A stretch of 64,000 bases of DNA from an uncultured Candidatus Binatia bacterium (GCA_965204455.1 CBDBEO010000001.1:652552-716551), one strand, 5' to 3'. Positions 17,253-26,406 are shown, numbered from the stretch's first letter. Program-made: numbers and translations. The notes: generated by a model from the sequence alone, not told the origin.

Positions 17253-18413
17253 TCAGGCCGTTTTGCTCAGCAGGCGCTGACGAATCTGCGTGTCCGTGGC
17301 CAGGTCGATGGCGGTCCAGGCCATGGCCAGCGCACCGTCGATCACCGCCTTGTCCGCAGCCGGGCTGACGCAGTGGGCGGTGAACTCGGGCTGATGGTTG
17401 ACGGCCGGTAGCGAGTCGATCCCAATCGCCGGATGGATTGACGGCAGGGCCAGCGACACATTGCCCATGTCGGTCGAGCCGGCCGCCCTTTCCAGCGAGG
17501 AGCCACGATCCGGGAAGCTGCGTCCCAGCGCTTCCGCGTTGCGCTGGTAGGCGGCCGCCATATCCGGGTCGTGGTGCATCTCGGCGTAGGGTTTCTCGTC
17601 GCCGACGATCTCCAGAGTCGCGCCGGTCGCCAGGGCGCCGGCTTCAAAACAGCGGCGGACTTTTTCCTGGATCTCGGCCAGATCGCCAATCGTCTTGGCC
17701 CGTACCATATAGCTGGCCCTGGTATGGGCCGGGATGACGTTCGGCGCGTCCCCGCCCTTGGTAATGATGCCGTGGATGCGGTCGCCGGAGCGGATGTGCT
17801 GGCGCAGCAGACCGATGGCCGTCTGGGCGATGGTCAGCGCGTCGGCCGCGTTGATGCCGCGCTCGGGAAACGCCGAGGCGTGAGCCTCCTTGCCGGTGTA
17901 ACACACGTCAAACATGGACGCGGCAATAATCGGAAACTCGACAACGTCCAGTGGGGCCGGATGGACCATCATGGCCGCGTGCATGCCGCTGAAACCGCCG
18001 CGCTCCAGGAGCTGGATCTTCCCGCCGCCGCCCTCCTCGGCCGGGGTGCCGATCACACTCACGGTGAGCCCGACCTCGTCCGCAATTTTGGCTGAGGCAA
18101 TGCCCGCCCCGACGCCCATGGCGGCAATGATGTTATGCCCGCAGGCATGGCCGATCTCGGGCAGGCAGTCGTACTCGGCGCAGATGCCGATATGCAGCGG
18201 CCCGCTGCCGGCCCGGCCGATAAACGCGGTCGGGATATCACAGATGCCGGTCTCAACCTGAAAGCCGGCAGCGTCCAGGGTTTCGGACAGCCAGGCTGCG
18301 GCTTTTTCTTCCTCATAGCCCAGCTCCGGGTTGGCATGAATCCGATGGCTGAGGGCAAGCATCCCGTCGCGCACGCTGTCAAAGCGTTCCTGGGCTCCGG
18401 CTTTTGCGTCCAT
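17253..18413 (-). CDS. M20-family amidohydrolase (aminoacylase/hippurate hydrolase-like)
   Basis: ORF 17253..18587. The internal ATG at 18413 (MDAKAGAQERF) follows GGGAGGA. Shows HANPELGYEE, ACGHN and GTPAEEGGGGK. Confidence 0.85.
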   Translation of the reverse strand: MDAKAGAQERFDSVRDGMLALSHRIHANPELGYEEEKAAAWLSETLDAAGFQVETGICDIPTAFIGRAGSGPLHIGICAEYDCLPEIGHACGHNIIAAMGVGAGIASAKIADEVGLTVSVIGTPAEEGGGGKIQLLERGGFSGMHAAMMVHPAPLDVVEFPIIAASMFDVCYTGKEAHASAFPERGINAADALTIAQTAIGLLRQHIRSGDRIHGIITKGGDAPNVIPAHTRASYMVRAKTIGDLAEIQEKVRRCFEAGALATGATLEIVGDEKPYAEMHHDPDMAAAYQRNAEALGRSFPDRGSSLERAAGSTDMGNVSLALPSIHPAIGIDSLPAVNHQPEFTAHCVSPAADKAVIDGALAMAWTAIDLATDTQIRQRLLSKTA

Positions 18414-18555
18414 GGCGTCCTCCCGAGTGGTGTCCCGATTTGAGGCTGACGCTAGCACGCCGGACTGATGACGGCAACAATTTTTTGCCCGAGCCCGGTC
18501 TGTGTTGCAGTTCCGGCGGGCTTGTGATTTGAAACCGACAGCAAAGGAGGCCCCC

Positions 18556-19536
18556 ATGCAAACCCCCGGACTCTTGCTCATGAGCAATATGGCGCCCGGT
18601 AATATCGATACCCTGACCGGCTACGCCAAACAGGCCGAAGCGATCGGTCTGCGAAACTTTCTGGTCACCGAGTCGATGACCGATTCGCTGGCCCTGGCCC
18701 AGCATTTTGTCAGCCACACGGACAGGATTCAGGTCGGCACCGGCATCACCAACCTCTACCTGCGTCATCCTTTGCTGGCCGCCCTGCACGTGATGACGAT
18801 TGACCAGCTGGCCCCCGGCCGCATGCTGCTCGGCCTGGGCACCAGCCACGTGCCGGTGAACGCGGCCTTCGGTATCAGCATGGACAAACCGCTGACCGCG
18901 CTGCGCGAGTATATCACCAGCCTGTCCCGGATTTTTCGCGGCGAGGATGAGGCCCTGGCCGCCATGGCCTCGCGGGGTATTCCCGTGCCGCGTCCCAGCG
19001 GCAAGATTCCGATCTATGTGGCCGGCATCTCGCCCCGCAGCATCGGCCTCACCGGGGAGCTGGCCGACGGCAGCCTGCCGCTCAACTATGCCCCGCACGG
19101 TTTGCAGGAAGTGGTTGACGGCATCGGCCGGGGCGCCGAGCAGGCCGGCCGGTCCGCCGCCGACGTGCAGATTGCGCTGATCATGCACTGCTGTGTGTGC
19201 GACGACCGGGCGGTCGCCCTGCGCTCGGTCAAACAGACCTTATCGTTCTACGGCCGGATGCCGTACTATAACCGCCTGTTTGTTCGTCAGGGCTACGAGA
19301 CCGAAGCGGCTGGCATTGCCGCCGGCTGGGAGCAGAACGATCCGCCGGCTGCGGCTGCGGCCGTGTCTGACGACATGGCGACCCAGGTGGCCGCGCTCGG
19401 CTCGGCCCAGGCCTGCCGCGACAAGGTCGAGGAATTCGAGCGCGGCGGAGCGTCCTATGTGGTCCTGTATCCGACCGCGATTGACGGCGACTATGACGCC
19501 GGCATCCGGGCCGTGCTGGGCGCCTTTGGGAGCTGA
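18556..19536 (+). CDS. LLM-class flavin-dependent oxidoreductase
   Basis: ORF 18502..19536. ATG at 18556 (MQTPGLL) follows AAGGAGG. Shows FLVTESMTD, MLLGLGTSH and IYVAGISPRS. Confidence 0.8.
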   Translation: MQTPGLLLMSNMAPGNIDTLTGYAKQAEAIGLRNFLVTESMTDSLALAQHFVSHTDRIQVGTGITNLYLRHPLLAALHVMTIDQLAPGRMLLGLGTSHVPVNAAFGISMDKPLTALREYITSLSRIFRGEDEALAAMASRGIPVPRPSGKIPIYVAGISPRSIGLTGELADGSLPLNYAPHGLQEVVDGIGRGAEQAGRSAADVQIALIMHCCVCDDRAVALRSVKQTLSFYGRMPYYNRLFVRQGYETEAAGIAAGWEQNDPPAAAAAVSDDMATQVAALGSAQACRDKVEEFERGGASYVVLYPTAIDGDYDAGIRAVLGAFGS

Positions 19537-19540
19537 GCCG

Positions 19541-19948
19541 ATGGCTGAGCGTACTGCCGCAGCCGTCCAGGCCGCACCCGCCGTCCGTATTGACCGCTGG
19601 CTGTGGGCCACCCGTTTGTACAAAAGTCGCTCGCTGGCCGCCGAAGCCTGCGGCGGGGGCAAGGTCAAGGTCAACGGTCATACCGCCAAGCCCCACAAGC
19701 TGGTCCGGGCGGGCGATGCGGTCAGCGTCACCCACCCGGCCGGCCGCAAGGAGTTCACGGTCGTCGCCCTGGCCGAACGCCGCGGTCCGGCCTCTGAGGC
19801 GCGCCAGCTGTACGACGATCACTCGCCGCCGCCTCCACCGCGCGAGGAGCGGAACGTTTTCGTGCCGCCCCAGTTCCGGCCCCACGGCGCGGGCCGGCCG
19901 ACCAAGCGCGAGCGGCGCCAGATCGAGAAGCTGCGGGGGCGGAGGTAG
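19541..19948 (+). CDS. S4-domain RNA-binding protein (Hsp15/HslR-like)
   Basis: In-frame ATG at 19541 within track ORF 19193..19948. VRIDRWLWATRLYKSRSLAAEACGGGKVKVNGHTAKPHKLVRAGD is the S4/Hsp15 pattern, followed by a basic tail. Confidence 0.7.
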   Translation: MAERTAAAVQAAPAVRIDRWLWATRLYKSRSLAAEACGGGKVKVNGHTAKPHKLVRAGDAVSVTHPAGRKEFTVVALAERRGPASEARQLYDDHSPPPPPREERNVFVPPQFRPHGAGRPTKRERRQIEKLRGRR

Positions 19949-19952
19949 GCGT

Positions 19953-20999
19953 ATGATCGATCTGCGCAGCGACACCGTGACCCTGCCCAGCCCGGCCATG
20001 CGCCAGGCCATTGCCCAGGCCGAGCTGGGCGACGATGTGATGGCCGAAGACCCCAGCGTCAACCGGCTCGAAGCCCAGGCCGCCGAGCTGCTGGGCAAGG
20101 AAGCCGCATTGCTGGTAGCCAGCGGGACGATGGGCAACCTCGTCTCCATGTTGAGTCACTGCCGGCGCGGCGCCGAGGTGATCGTCGGCGATGAGGCGCA
20201 TATCTACCACTACGAGGCGGGTGGGGTGTCGGCGCTGGGCGGCTGCGTGTTCCACCCGGTGCCGACCGGGCGGTTCGGCGAGCTGGCCGTGGTCGATCTG
20301 GAGCGGGCTGTGCGGCCGGCCGCCAGCGATATTCACGCCGCGCCGGCCGGGGTGGTGTGTCTGGAAAACACCCACAACCGGTGTGGCGGCACGGTCTTGT
20401 CGGCGTCGTACCTGGAGTCCGTCCGCAAGCTGGCCGACCGTTTCGGCCTGCCGGTGCATCTGGACGGCTCACGGATTTTTAACGCTGCGGTCGCTCGGGG
20501 CTGTACGGTCGCGGAGCTGACCCGTCAGGTTGACTCGGTCCAGTTCTGTCTGTCCAAGGGTTTGGCCGCCCCGGTCGGGTCGCTGGTGTGCGGCCGGGCC
20601 GCATTCATTGCCCAGGCTCGGCGCTACCGCAAAATGCTGGGCGGTGGGATGCGGCAGGCCGGGATTATTGCCGCAGCCGGCATTGTGGCCCTGACCGACA
20701 TGGTTGAACGCCTGGCAGAGGATCACGCCAACGCCCGGGTTCTGGCCCACGGCCTGGCCGAGCTGCCCGGCCTGCGGCTGGACCTGGAAACCGTCCAGAC
20801 CAACCTGGTGATCTTTCGGATTGCCGACGAGCGGATTGATGAGGCCGTGCTGGTCGCCCGGCTGGCCGAGGCCGGGGTCAGGATCGGCGACCTGGGCCGG
20901 GGGCGTCTGCGGGCGGTGACCCACTTTGGGCTGACCCGGCAGCATATCCACGACGCCCTGCGGATCATCGGCACGGTGTGGAAAGAGCTGAGCGGCTAA
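19953..20999 (+). CDS. ltaE: Low-specificity L-threonine aldolase (PLP-dependent)
   Basis: In-frame ATG at 19953 after GGAGG. MIDLRSDTVTLPSPAMRQAI...GDDVMAEDPSVNRLE...SGTMGNL...FCLSKGLAAPVGS (Lys of the PLP site). Confidence 0.85.
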   Translation: MIDLRSDTVTLPSPAMRQAIAQAELGDDVMAEDPSVNRLEAQAAELLGKEAALLVASGTMGNLVSMLSHCRRGAEVIVGDEAHIYHYEAGGVSALGGCVFHPVPTGRFGELAVVDLERAVRPAASDIHAAPAGVVCLENTHNRCGGTVLSASYLESVRKLADRFGLPVHLDGSRIFNAAVARGCTVAELTRQVDSVQFCLSKGLAAPVGSLVCGRAAFIAQARRYRKMLGGGMRQAGIIAAAGIVALTDMVERLAEDHANARVLAHGLAELPGLRLDLETVQTNLVIFRIADERIDEAVLVARLAEAGVRIGDLGRGRLRAVTHFGLTRQHIHDALRIIGTVWKELSG

Positions 21000-21054
21000 T
21001 CGGTGTAGCGGCGCCCTATACCGACGTAATCCTGATCAGGGGAACGGAGAACAT

Positions 21055-22260
21055 ATGAGCACTGAACCGCTGTTATTCAGAGTCAATCCGGAAAGCCCTG
21101 AGTCTGAGAAGATAGAAGAGGTAGAGTTCTCTCAGCTGGGATTTCGAGAACGGCAGCATATCCAGGAATGGGTAGCTGCCAACCCGGGCATCCTGGGCGA
21201 GGATCTACTGATAATTGGCAAGGAGTTCAGCGGTTTCGACAGGACGAACGAGAGGCTCGACCTGTTGGCGGTAGATGTGGACGGGAAGCTGGTTGTTATC
21301 GAACTGAAACGCGACGACACAGGCGCCGATGTCCACTGGCAGGCCATCAAGTACGCGAGCTATCTCCATAGCGCCAGTCCAGACAATATCATCAGCATGC
21401 TTGCCGACTACAAAAAGGTATCGGAATCAGAAGCCGAGAACAGACTATTGCAGCATCTTGGCTCGGACAGCCTTGATATTCTGAACAACGACCAGCATAT
21501 CATCCTCGCGAGTCACAGGTTCGCTCCAGAAGTAACCTCTGCCGTGCTTTGGTTGAACGAGAAAATTCCCGGTAAAGACCTCATCACTTGCGTCCAACTA
21601 ACGCCATACCGGGATGCGAAGACCGGTTCTCTGTACATACAGGCTTCCACAATTATACCTGTGCCAGGAGTAGAGGATTACGTCATTGGGGTCGGTGATT
21701 CGCCGAGTAAAAGCGGACCCACGATACGGAGAACCCGCTCACCGAAACAGTACAAGAACAAAGACGATGAGGTGACGCAATTCCTCAGAGGAGTTAGAGA
21801 GCTAGCTATAGAAGGCTTGCCGGACGAACTCAAGCCAGACAAGAAAAATAGATGGGCAGGTGGGTGGCCCGAATTTCGCTACTATCATGTCTGGTACTCG
21901 CGTATGCCTTGGAACTGGCATCTGTTCTACCTAGTCCACCTTTATCCAGGAGAGGAGAGCGACCCGGCCGTTGCTGGATGGACAGCAGAGGTGGGATTCG
22001 GATACTGGAATAAGTCAGGGGGTGCGAATCTTTCGGCAAGTGAACTCGTAGAACTGGTTAACAGAGTCGCAGGTCTGCGCGTCTATGATGATCAGAAGGT
22101 GGCAAACGACGGGGATGGCGAGGTTACAGTATCCCGTCATGCCGATATGCTGGACGAGCCTTTCGCCAAAACGCTGGCCGATACGCTCAGGCGTTTCATC
22201 GAAGTCGTCACGCCCGAGGTCGATGATTTCGAGGCTACGCGCAACGAAGAAGAAGCCTGA
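21055..22260 (+). CDS. PD-(D/E)XK nuclease-fold protein, NucS/DUF91-like N-terminal half plus uncharacterised C-terminal half
   Basis: 401-aa ORF in an AT-richer block, with GGAACGGAGAA before the ATG. RLDLLAVDVDGKLVVIELKRDDTGADVHWQAIKYASYL is the D...E-x-K plus Q..Y block seen in NucS-type nucleases. Confidence 0.5.
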   Translation: MSTEPLLFRVNPESPESEKIEEVEFSQLGFRERQHIQEWVAANPGILGEDLLIIGKEFSGFDRTNERLDLLAVDVDGKLVVIELKRDDTGADVHWQAIKYASYLHSASPDNIISMLADYKKVSESEAENRLLQHLGSDSLDILNNDQHIILASHRFAPEVTSAVLWLNEKIPGKDLITCVQLTPYRDAKTGSLYIQASTIIPVPGVEDYVIGVGDSPSKSGPTIRRTRSPKQYKNKDDEVTQFLRGVRELAIEGLPDELKPDKKNRWAGGWPEFRYYHVWYSRMPWNWHLFYLVHLYPGEESDPAVAGWTAEVGFGYWNKSGGANLSASELVELVNRVAGLRVYDDQKVANDGDGEVTVSRHADMLDEPFAKTLADTLRRFIEVVTPEVDDFEATRNEEEA

Positions 22261-22459
22261 CCGTGCAATCCAACCGCAACAGCAAGTGATAGGGTGGGCC
22301 ACTGTCCTACCTAATGCGGTCAATTCGATGGGCGGCGTAGCTATCGTCTTCGTGGATCAGGCAGCACTCACACCATACGGCCGCTTGGCGTTGAACCTGT
22401 TGCCGTAGCTTTGCAGAGACGCGCTGACTTATTATATCAACAGCAAAGGAGGGAAGCCT

Positions 22460-22846
22460 ATGCTCAAAGGTATTGACAATGTTGGCGTGGCGGTGACCGA
22501 TCTGGCGCGTTCGGTCGCCTTTTATGAAAAGCTGGGGTTTCACAAGGGCGATGACTACGAGGCGGATGTCAAGGGCTGTACCATGACCTCGGAGACCGCC
22601 GTGCTGTTTCTGTTTCAGACCAGGCATAGCCCCCAAGCCGTCGGGCGCGAGGCCAGCCTGGCCAATAATCCACCCGGTCTGGATCACATCAGCTTCCTGG
22701 TTGATGACGTGAAGCAGTCCTACGCCGAGTGTCGGGCCAGGGGCGTCAGCTTTCTGGGTGAACCCGAAGATCAGGACTGGGGCGCCCGGATTGCGGCCTT
22801 CAAAGACCCCGACGGCAATAACCTGTATCTGTTGCAGTATCTCTAG
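22460..22846 (+). CDS. VOC/glyoxalase-family protein
   Basis: 128 aa: IDNVGVAVTDLARSVAFYEKLGF ... LDHISFLVDD ... FKDPDGNNLYL. AAGGAGGGAAG RBS. Confidence 0.8.
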   Translation: MLKGIDNVGVAVTDLARSVAFYEKLGFHKGDDYEADVKGCTMTSETAVLFLFQTRHSPQAVGREASLANNPPGLDHISFLVDDVKQSYAECRARGVSFLGEPEDQDWGARIAAFKDPDGNNLYLLQYL

Positions 22847-22860
22847 GAAAGGAGGCGCAT

Positions 22861-23832
22861 ATGCCGACGATTAACACCGTAACCGGGACGTGTACGCCCG
22901 AGGACTTGGGCTTTACCCTGATCCATGAACACCTGACGGCCGGCTTTCCCGGCTGGGAGTTTGACAACGCCGGCTTTGACCGGCCGGGCGAGATGGCCAC
23001 GATAGTCGATAAGCTCAAGGAGATCAAAGATCTGGGAGTGACCTCGGTTGTCGATCCCTGCCCCATGGAGCTTGGTCGGGACCCCGAGTTCACCCTTGAG
23101 GCGGCCGAGAAGTCAGGCGTCCAAATCATCATGGCGACCGGCCTGTACAACGAGGCGCTGGGTATTCCGCCCCACTTCCGCAGCCTGGACGCCGACGCCA
23201 TCGCCGAGGTCTACGAACGTGAGTTGACCGAGGGGATGAACAGAACCGGGATCAAGCCGGGCATCATCAAGACCGCGACCGGCGGGATTCCGGGCATGAC
23301 CGAAACCGCGACCGACATCGCTCCGTGTGAGGAAACCTGTCTGCGGGCCGCCGCCCGAGCGCACAAGGCAACCGGCGCCCCGATCCTGTGTCACAACGAC
23401 GAACTCGGGCCGCTGGGCCGCCAGACGCTCGACGTGTTTGAAGAGGAGGGCGTGGATTTCAACAGCGTGCTGATCGGCCATGCCTGCGGGGTCGGCGATA
23501 TGCGCTACTACTTCGACATTCTTGAGCGGGGCGCCTGGATTGGCTTTGACCGCTTTGGCATAGAAACGATCGCCTCGGACAAGATGCGCCTGGCCTCGCT
23601 GATCGGCCTGCTGGCGGTCGGCTTTGATCGCATCATGCTGTCCCACGACCACGTTGGCTGTTGGCTGGGCCGGGTGAGCGACGACTGGCAGAAATTCATG
23701 GACGCCTGCCCCAACTGGAGCTATGCGCACATCATGAAGAATATCCTGCCCCAGCTCAGCAAATCCGGCGTGAGCGAGGGCACGATTCGGACCATGACGG
23801 TGGATAATCCCAGGAGCTATTTCGGTGGATAG
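22861..23832 (+). CDS. Phosphotriesterase-family (PHP/PTE-like) amidohydrolase
   Basis: 323 aa: LGFTLIHEHL at the N-terminus, IIKTATG, ILCHND, MLSHD. This is the binuclear metal-centre pattern of PTE homology proteins. Confidence 0.8.
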   Translation: MPTINTVTGTCTPEDLGFTLIHEHLTAGFPGWEFDNAGFDRPGEMATIVDKLKEIKDLGVTSVVDPCPMELGRDPEFTLEAAEKSGVQIIMATGLYNEALGIPPHFRSLDADAIAEVYERELTEGMNRTGIKPGIIKTATGGIPGMTETATDIAPCEETCLRAAARAHKATGAPILCHNDELGPLGRQTLDVFEEEGVDFNSVLIGHACGVGDMRYYFDILERGAWIGFDRFGIETIASDKMRLASLIGLLAVGFDRIMLSHDHVGCWLGRVSDDWQKFMDACPNWSYAHIMKNILPQLSKSGVSEGTIRTMTVDNPRSYFGG

Positions 23833-24304
23833 AAAGGGTCCGGGCACAGCGCTGCTGGTTGGACTGGTTCTGGCCCTGACCCTGCTGACCGTGCTGCGAG
23901 AACAGGCGCCCGACCCCCGACCGCCGACCGTCTCTGAGACCACGGCAGGCCAAGACACAAGCCTCACTCCGCCTGTCCCGGCCGCCGCGCCTGCGGCGGT
24001 CAGACGCGCCCGTATCCAGGTCGAAGTCGATCCCGACACAGGCCGGCTGCGGCCCCCAACCCCGGCTCAGCGCAGGTCCCTGGCCGACGCCCTACGCCAC
24101 CAGTTTCGCTCCCCGCCCCGCACGCCAAGCTATTTCGCCGACGGCACAATCTCGGTTGTTGTTGCGACGGAGCGTTTGAATTTCTCTGTCGCTCAGGTCA
24201 ACGAACAGGGCCTGCCCGAGACCAGCTGTGTGTCGGGTCTGGAACAGGCGGTGAGCGTTCTCGAAACGGGCGGGTATAAGCTGCCGCTGCGGGCGGAGGA
24301 GTGA
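23825..24304 (+). CDS. Hypothetical membrane-anchored/secreted protein
   Basis: 159-aa ORF (GTG start) overlapping the upstream stop by 8 nt and the downstream start by TGATG. Has an N-terminal hydrophobic helix (ALLVGLVLALTLLTVL). No family recognised. Confidence 0.4.
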   Translation: MDRKGPGTALLVGLVLALTLLTVLREQAPDPRPPTVSETTAGQDTSLTPPVPAAAPAAVRRARIQVEVDPDTGRLRPPTPAQRRSLADALRHQFRSPPRTPSYFADGTISVVVATERLNFSVAQVNEQGLPETSCVSGLEQAVSVLETGGYKLPLRAEE

Positions 24305-25764
24305 TGCGGTTCGCCCGGCCTGTCGGCCTTGGCGTGTGCTGGCTGGGCCTGCTGGTCCTGATCGCGCCGGTTCGGGCCGACGTGACGATTCGGATCAATA
24401 ATGTCGATGCGGCCGAGGAGGGCCTCAACGACCCCACTCCGGTCAGTCCGGTCGGCGGCAACCCCGGTCGGACGCTGGGCGAGCAGCGGCTGAACGTGCT
24501 GCGCCGTGCCGCCGAGCTGTGGGGTGGCTTGCTCGAAGGCGACGTGGATATCGTGATCCAGGCGACCTTTCAGCCGCTGCCGTGCAGTCCGACCATGGCC
24601 GTGCTGGGGGCGGCCGGCCCGATCCGCGTGGTTGCCAATTTTCCGGCGACATCTGTTGACGCGGATACGTGGTACCCTGCGGCGCTGGCCAACCAGTTGG
24701 TAGGTTTCGATCTGCACCCCGGGCGAGCCGCTGCGGAGCTGCTCAAGCCACCCTTTCAGGACGACATCGTGGTCTATTTCAACGGCGACGTGGACGGCAA
24801 CGGCGCCTGCCTGCCCGGCGACTGGTACTACGGTTTTGACACCGCCCCGGCTGCGGGCGATATCGCCCTGCTCAATGTGGCCATGCACGAGTTCGCCCAC
24901 GGGCTGGGATTGACCAGCCTGATCGATGAAACCTCGGGCCAGACGCCTCTGGATCTTCCCGACCGCTATGCGGTCTTCAGCCTCAACACCACCACCGACA
25001 AGCATTTTCATGAGATGAACGCCGAGGAACTGCTCGACGCCCAGGTCAGCCATGACCACATCGTCTGGGACGGGCCGGCAACAACCCAAGCCGCCCGCGA
25101 GATTCTGGACTGGCAGGCCGAGCTGATCGTCGAGGCTCCGGCCAGTCTGGCCGGGACGTATCCGGTGACCCGGGCGGATTTCGGGCCGGCTCCGAGTACC
25201 GATGCGGAATACGTCGGGGTCGAGCTGGTGAATGATCGGATCGGGGATACGACCGATGGCTGTGAGCCGCTGGAGCAGAAGCTGCGCGGCCGCATCGCGT
25301 TCCTCAACCGTGGCAACTGCCCGTTTGCGCTCAAGGTCGCCCACGCCGAGGCGGCCGGAGCCAGCGCCGTCGTGATTCGCAATACCGAGCCCGGCGGGGC
25401 GCTGATCATGGACGCGCCGCACAGCCAGAGTCGGATTCCGGCCGTCAGCATCTCGCACCACCACGGCGATGGGCTGCTGTCCGCTCTGCCCCGAACAGAC
25501 GTGCGAGCCGCGCTCAGACTCAACCCCGAGCGTCTGGTCGGGGCCGACCCCAGCGGCTTTGTCCGGCTGTATGCGCCCGACCCGGTTGAGCCGGGCTCGT
25601 CAATCGCCCATATCGATCCGAGCGCCTCGCCCGATCTGCTCATGGAACCCTTTTTGAGCGCCGATCTCGACGCGGCCAGCGACGTTGATCTGACGCCTTT
25701 TCTGCTCCAAGACCTGGGTTGGCGGCTGGCTGAGGAGACCGACGGCCCGGAAGAGGCCGAATAG
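24304..25764 (+). CDS. Secreted PA-domain protein with an HExxH zinc-metallopeptidase-like motif
   Basis: Signal peptide MRFARPVGLGVCWLGLLVLIAPVRA. HEFAHGLG motif. PA-domain-like block GRIAFLNRGNCPFALKVAHAEAAGASAVVIRN...IPAVSISH. Confidence 0.6.
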   Translation: MRFARPVGLGVCWLGLLVLIAPVRADVTIRINNVDAAEEGLNDPTPVSPVGGNPGRTLGEQRLNVLRRAAELWGGLLEGDVDIVIQATFQPLPCSPTMAVLGAAGPIRVVANFPATSVDADTWYPAALANQLVGFDLHPGRAAAELLKPPFQDDIVVYFNGDVDGNGACLPGDWYYGFDTAPAAGDIALLNVAMHEFAHGLGLTSLIDETSGQTPLDLPDRYAVFSLNTTTDKHFHEMNAEELLDAQVSHDHIVWDGPATTQAAREILDWQAELIVEAPASLAGTYPVTRADFGPAPSTDAEYVGVELVNDRIGDTTDGCEPLEQKLRGRIAFLNRGNCPFALKVAHAEAAGASAVVIRNTEPGGALIMDAPHSQSRIPAVSISHHHGDGLLSALPRTDVRAALRLNPERLVGADPSGFVRLYAPDPVEPGSSIAHIDPSASPDLLMEPFLSADLDAASDVDLTPFLLQDLGWRLAEETDGPEEAE

Positions 25765-25835
25765 GGTGTGGGTTATATTCCCGACGCAAAAGAATGGGAG
25801 CCCAATTGGAAAAAACGCAGAAGAAAAAGACGACG

Positions 25836-26111
25836 ATGAAGCGATGCCTCCAAGGATGTCCGGGGCACACACGTTCAGATATGATTACCCGGGTGTTCCA
25901 GCGGGAAGAAAGCCTCGTTGAAGTGATCCTGGAAAATATCCCGGCTGAGGTGTGCCAGCTGTGCGGTCAAGCTTTTTTTTCCAAAGAAGTTGTTCGTGGG
26001 ATTGACCGAGTCCTATTACCGTTCCACGGCACCCACCGGACAATCCCTGATCTTCCTCCAGCCCGAATTATTGTAGATTTTGTTGAAGCCCAGAAGAAAA
26101 TAGCGGCGTGA
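25836..26111 (+). CDS. YgiT-type zinc-finger protein (MqsA N-terminal-like)
   Basis: In-frame ATG at 25836 (MKRCLQGCPG...). C-x2-C ... VCQLCGQAFFSKEV arrangement. Lies in an AT-richer patch. Confidence 0.55.
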   Translation: MKRCLQGCPGHTRSDMITRVFQREESLVEVILENIPAEVCQLCGQAFFSKEVVRGIDRVLLPFHGTHRTIPDLPPARIIVDFVEAQKKIAA

Positions 26112-26222
26112 TAGAGAAGTCTGTCGAAGGAGCAATCTTCCCTTGTTATTTTCCTTGCGCCACCACATAAGCCACCAAAAATTCATACTCTCTACGCACC
26201 TCCTCCCATCACCCTTCTCAGG

Positions 26223-26406
26223 CTAGAGCGGTTCACGCTGCTGTGTCGCCCTTCGACTTCAGGCGCGCTGCGCCCGACGCTCAGGCCCAACGGTCTCCCG
26301 TTCGTGCTGAGCGTAGCGGAGCGAAGTCGAAGCATGGATGCCGGCTCACGTCCGGCATGACGGGTGGGCGAGAAGCATGGCTACGGCCTATCGTGAAACG
26401 CGCTAG
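26223..26406. repeat. 184-bp intergenic element with CTAGAGCGGTTCACG ... CGTGAAACGCGCTAG inverted termini and a long imperfect palindromic core (26251..26332)
   Basis: Read directly. Termini agree at 13 of 15 positions as inverted repeats and match the termini of the 17117..17244 element (consensus CTAG-N-GCG-N-TTCAC). The core arms are cttcgacttc...ccaacgg / ccgttcg...gaagtcgaag. The right terminus overlaps the pspC stop codon. Confidence 0.55.

Noticed and set aside
26335-26358. The hairpin atgccgg-ctcacgt-ccggcat as an intrinsic terminator for pspC.
   Set aside because: No U-run follows on the minus strand, and it lies inside the larger repeat element. It was kept only as part of that element.
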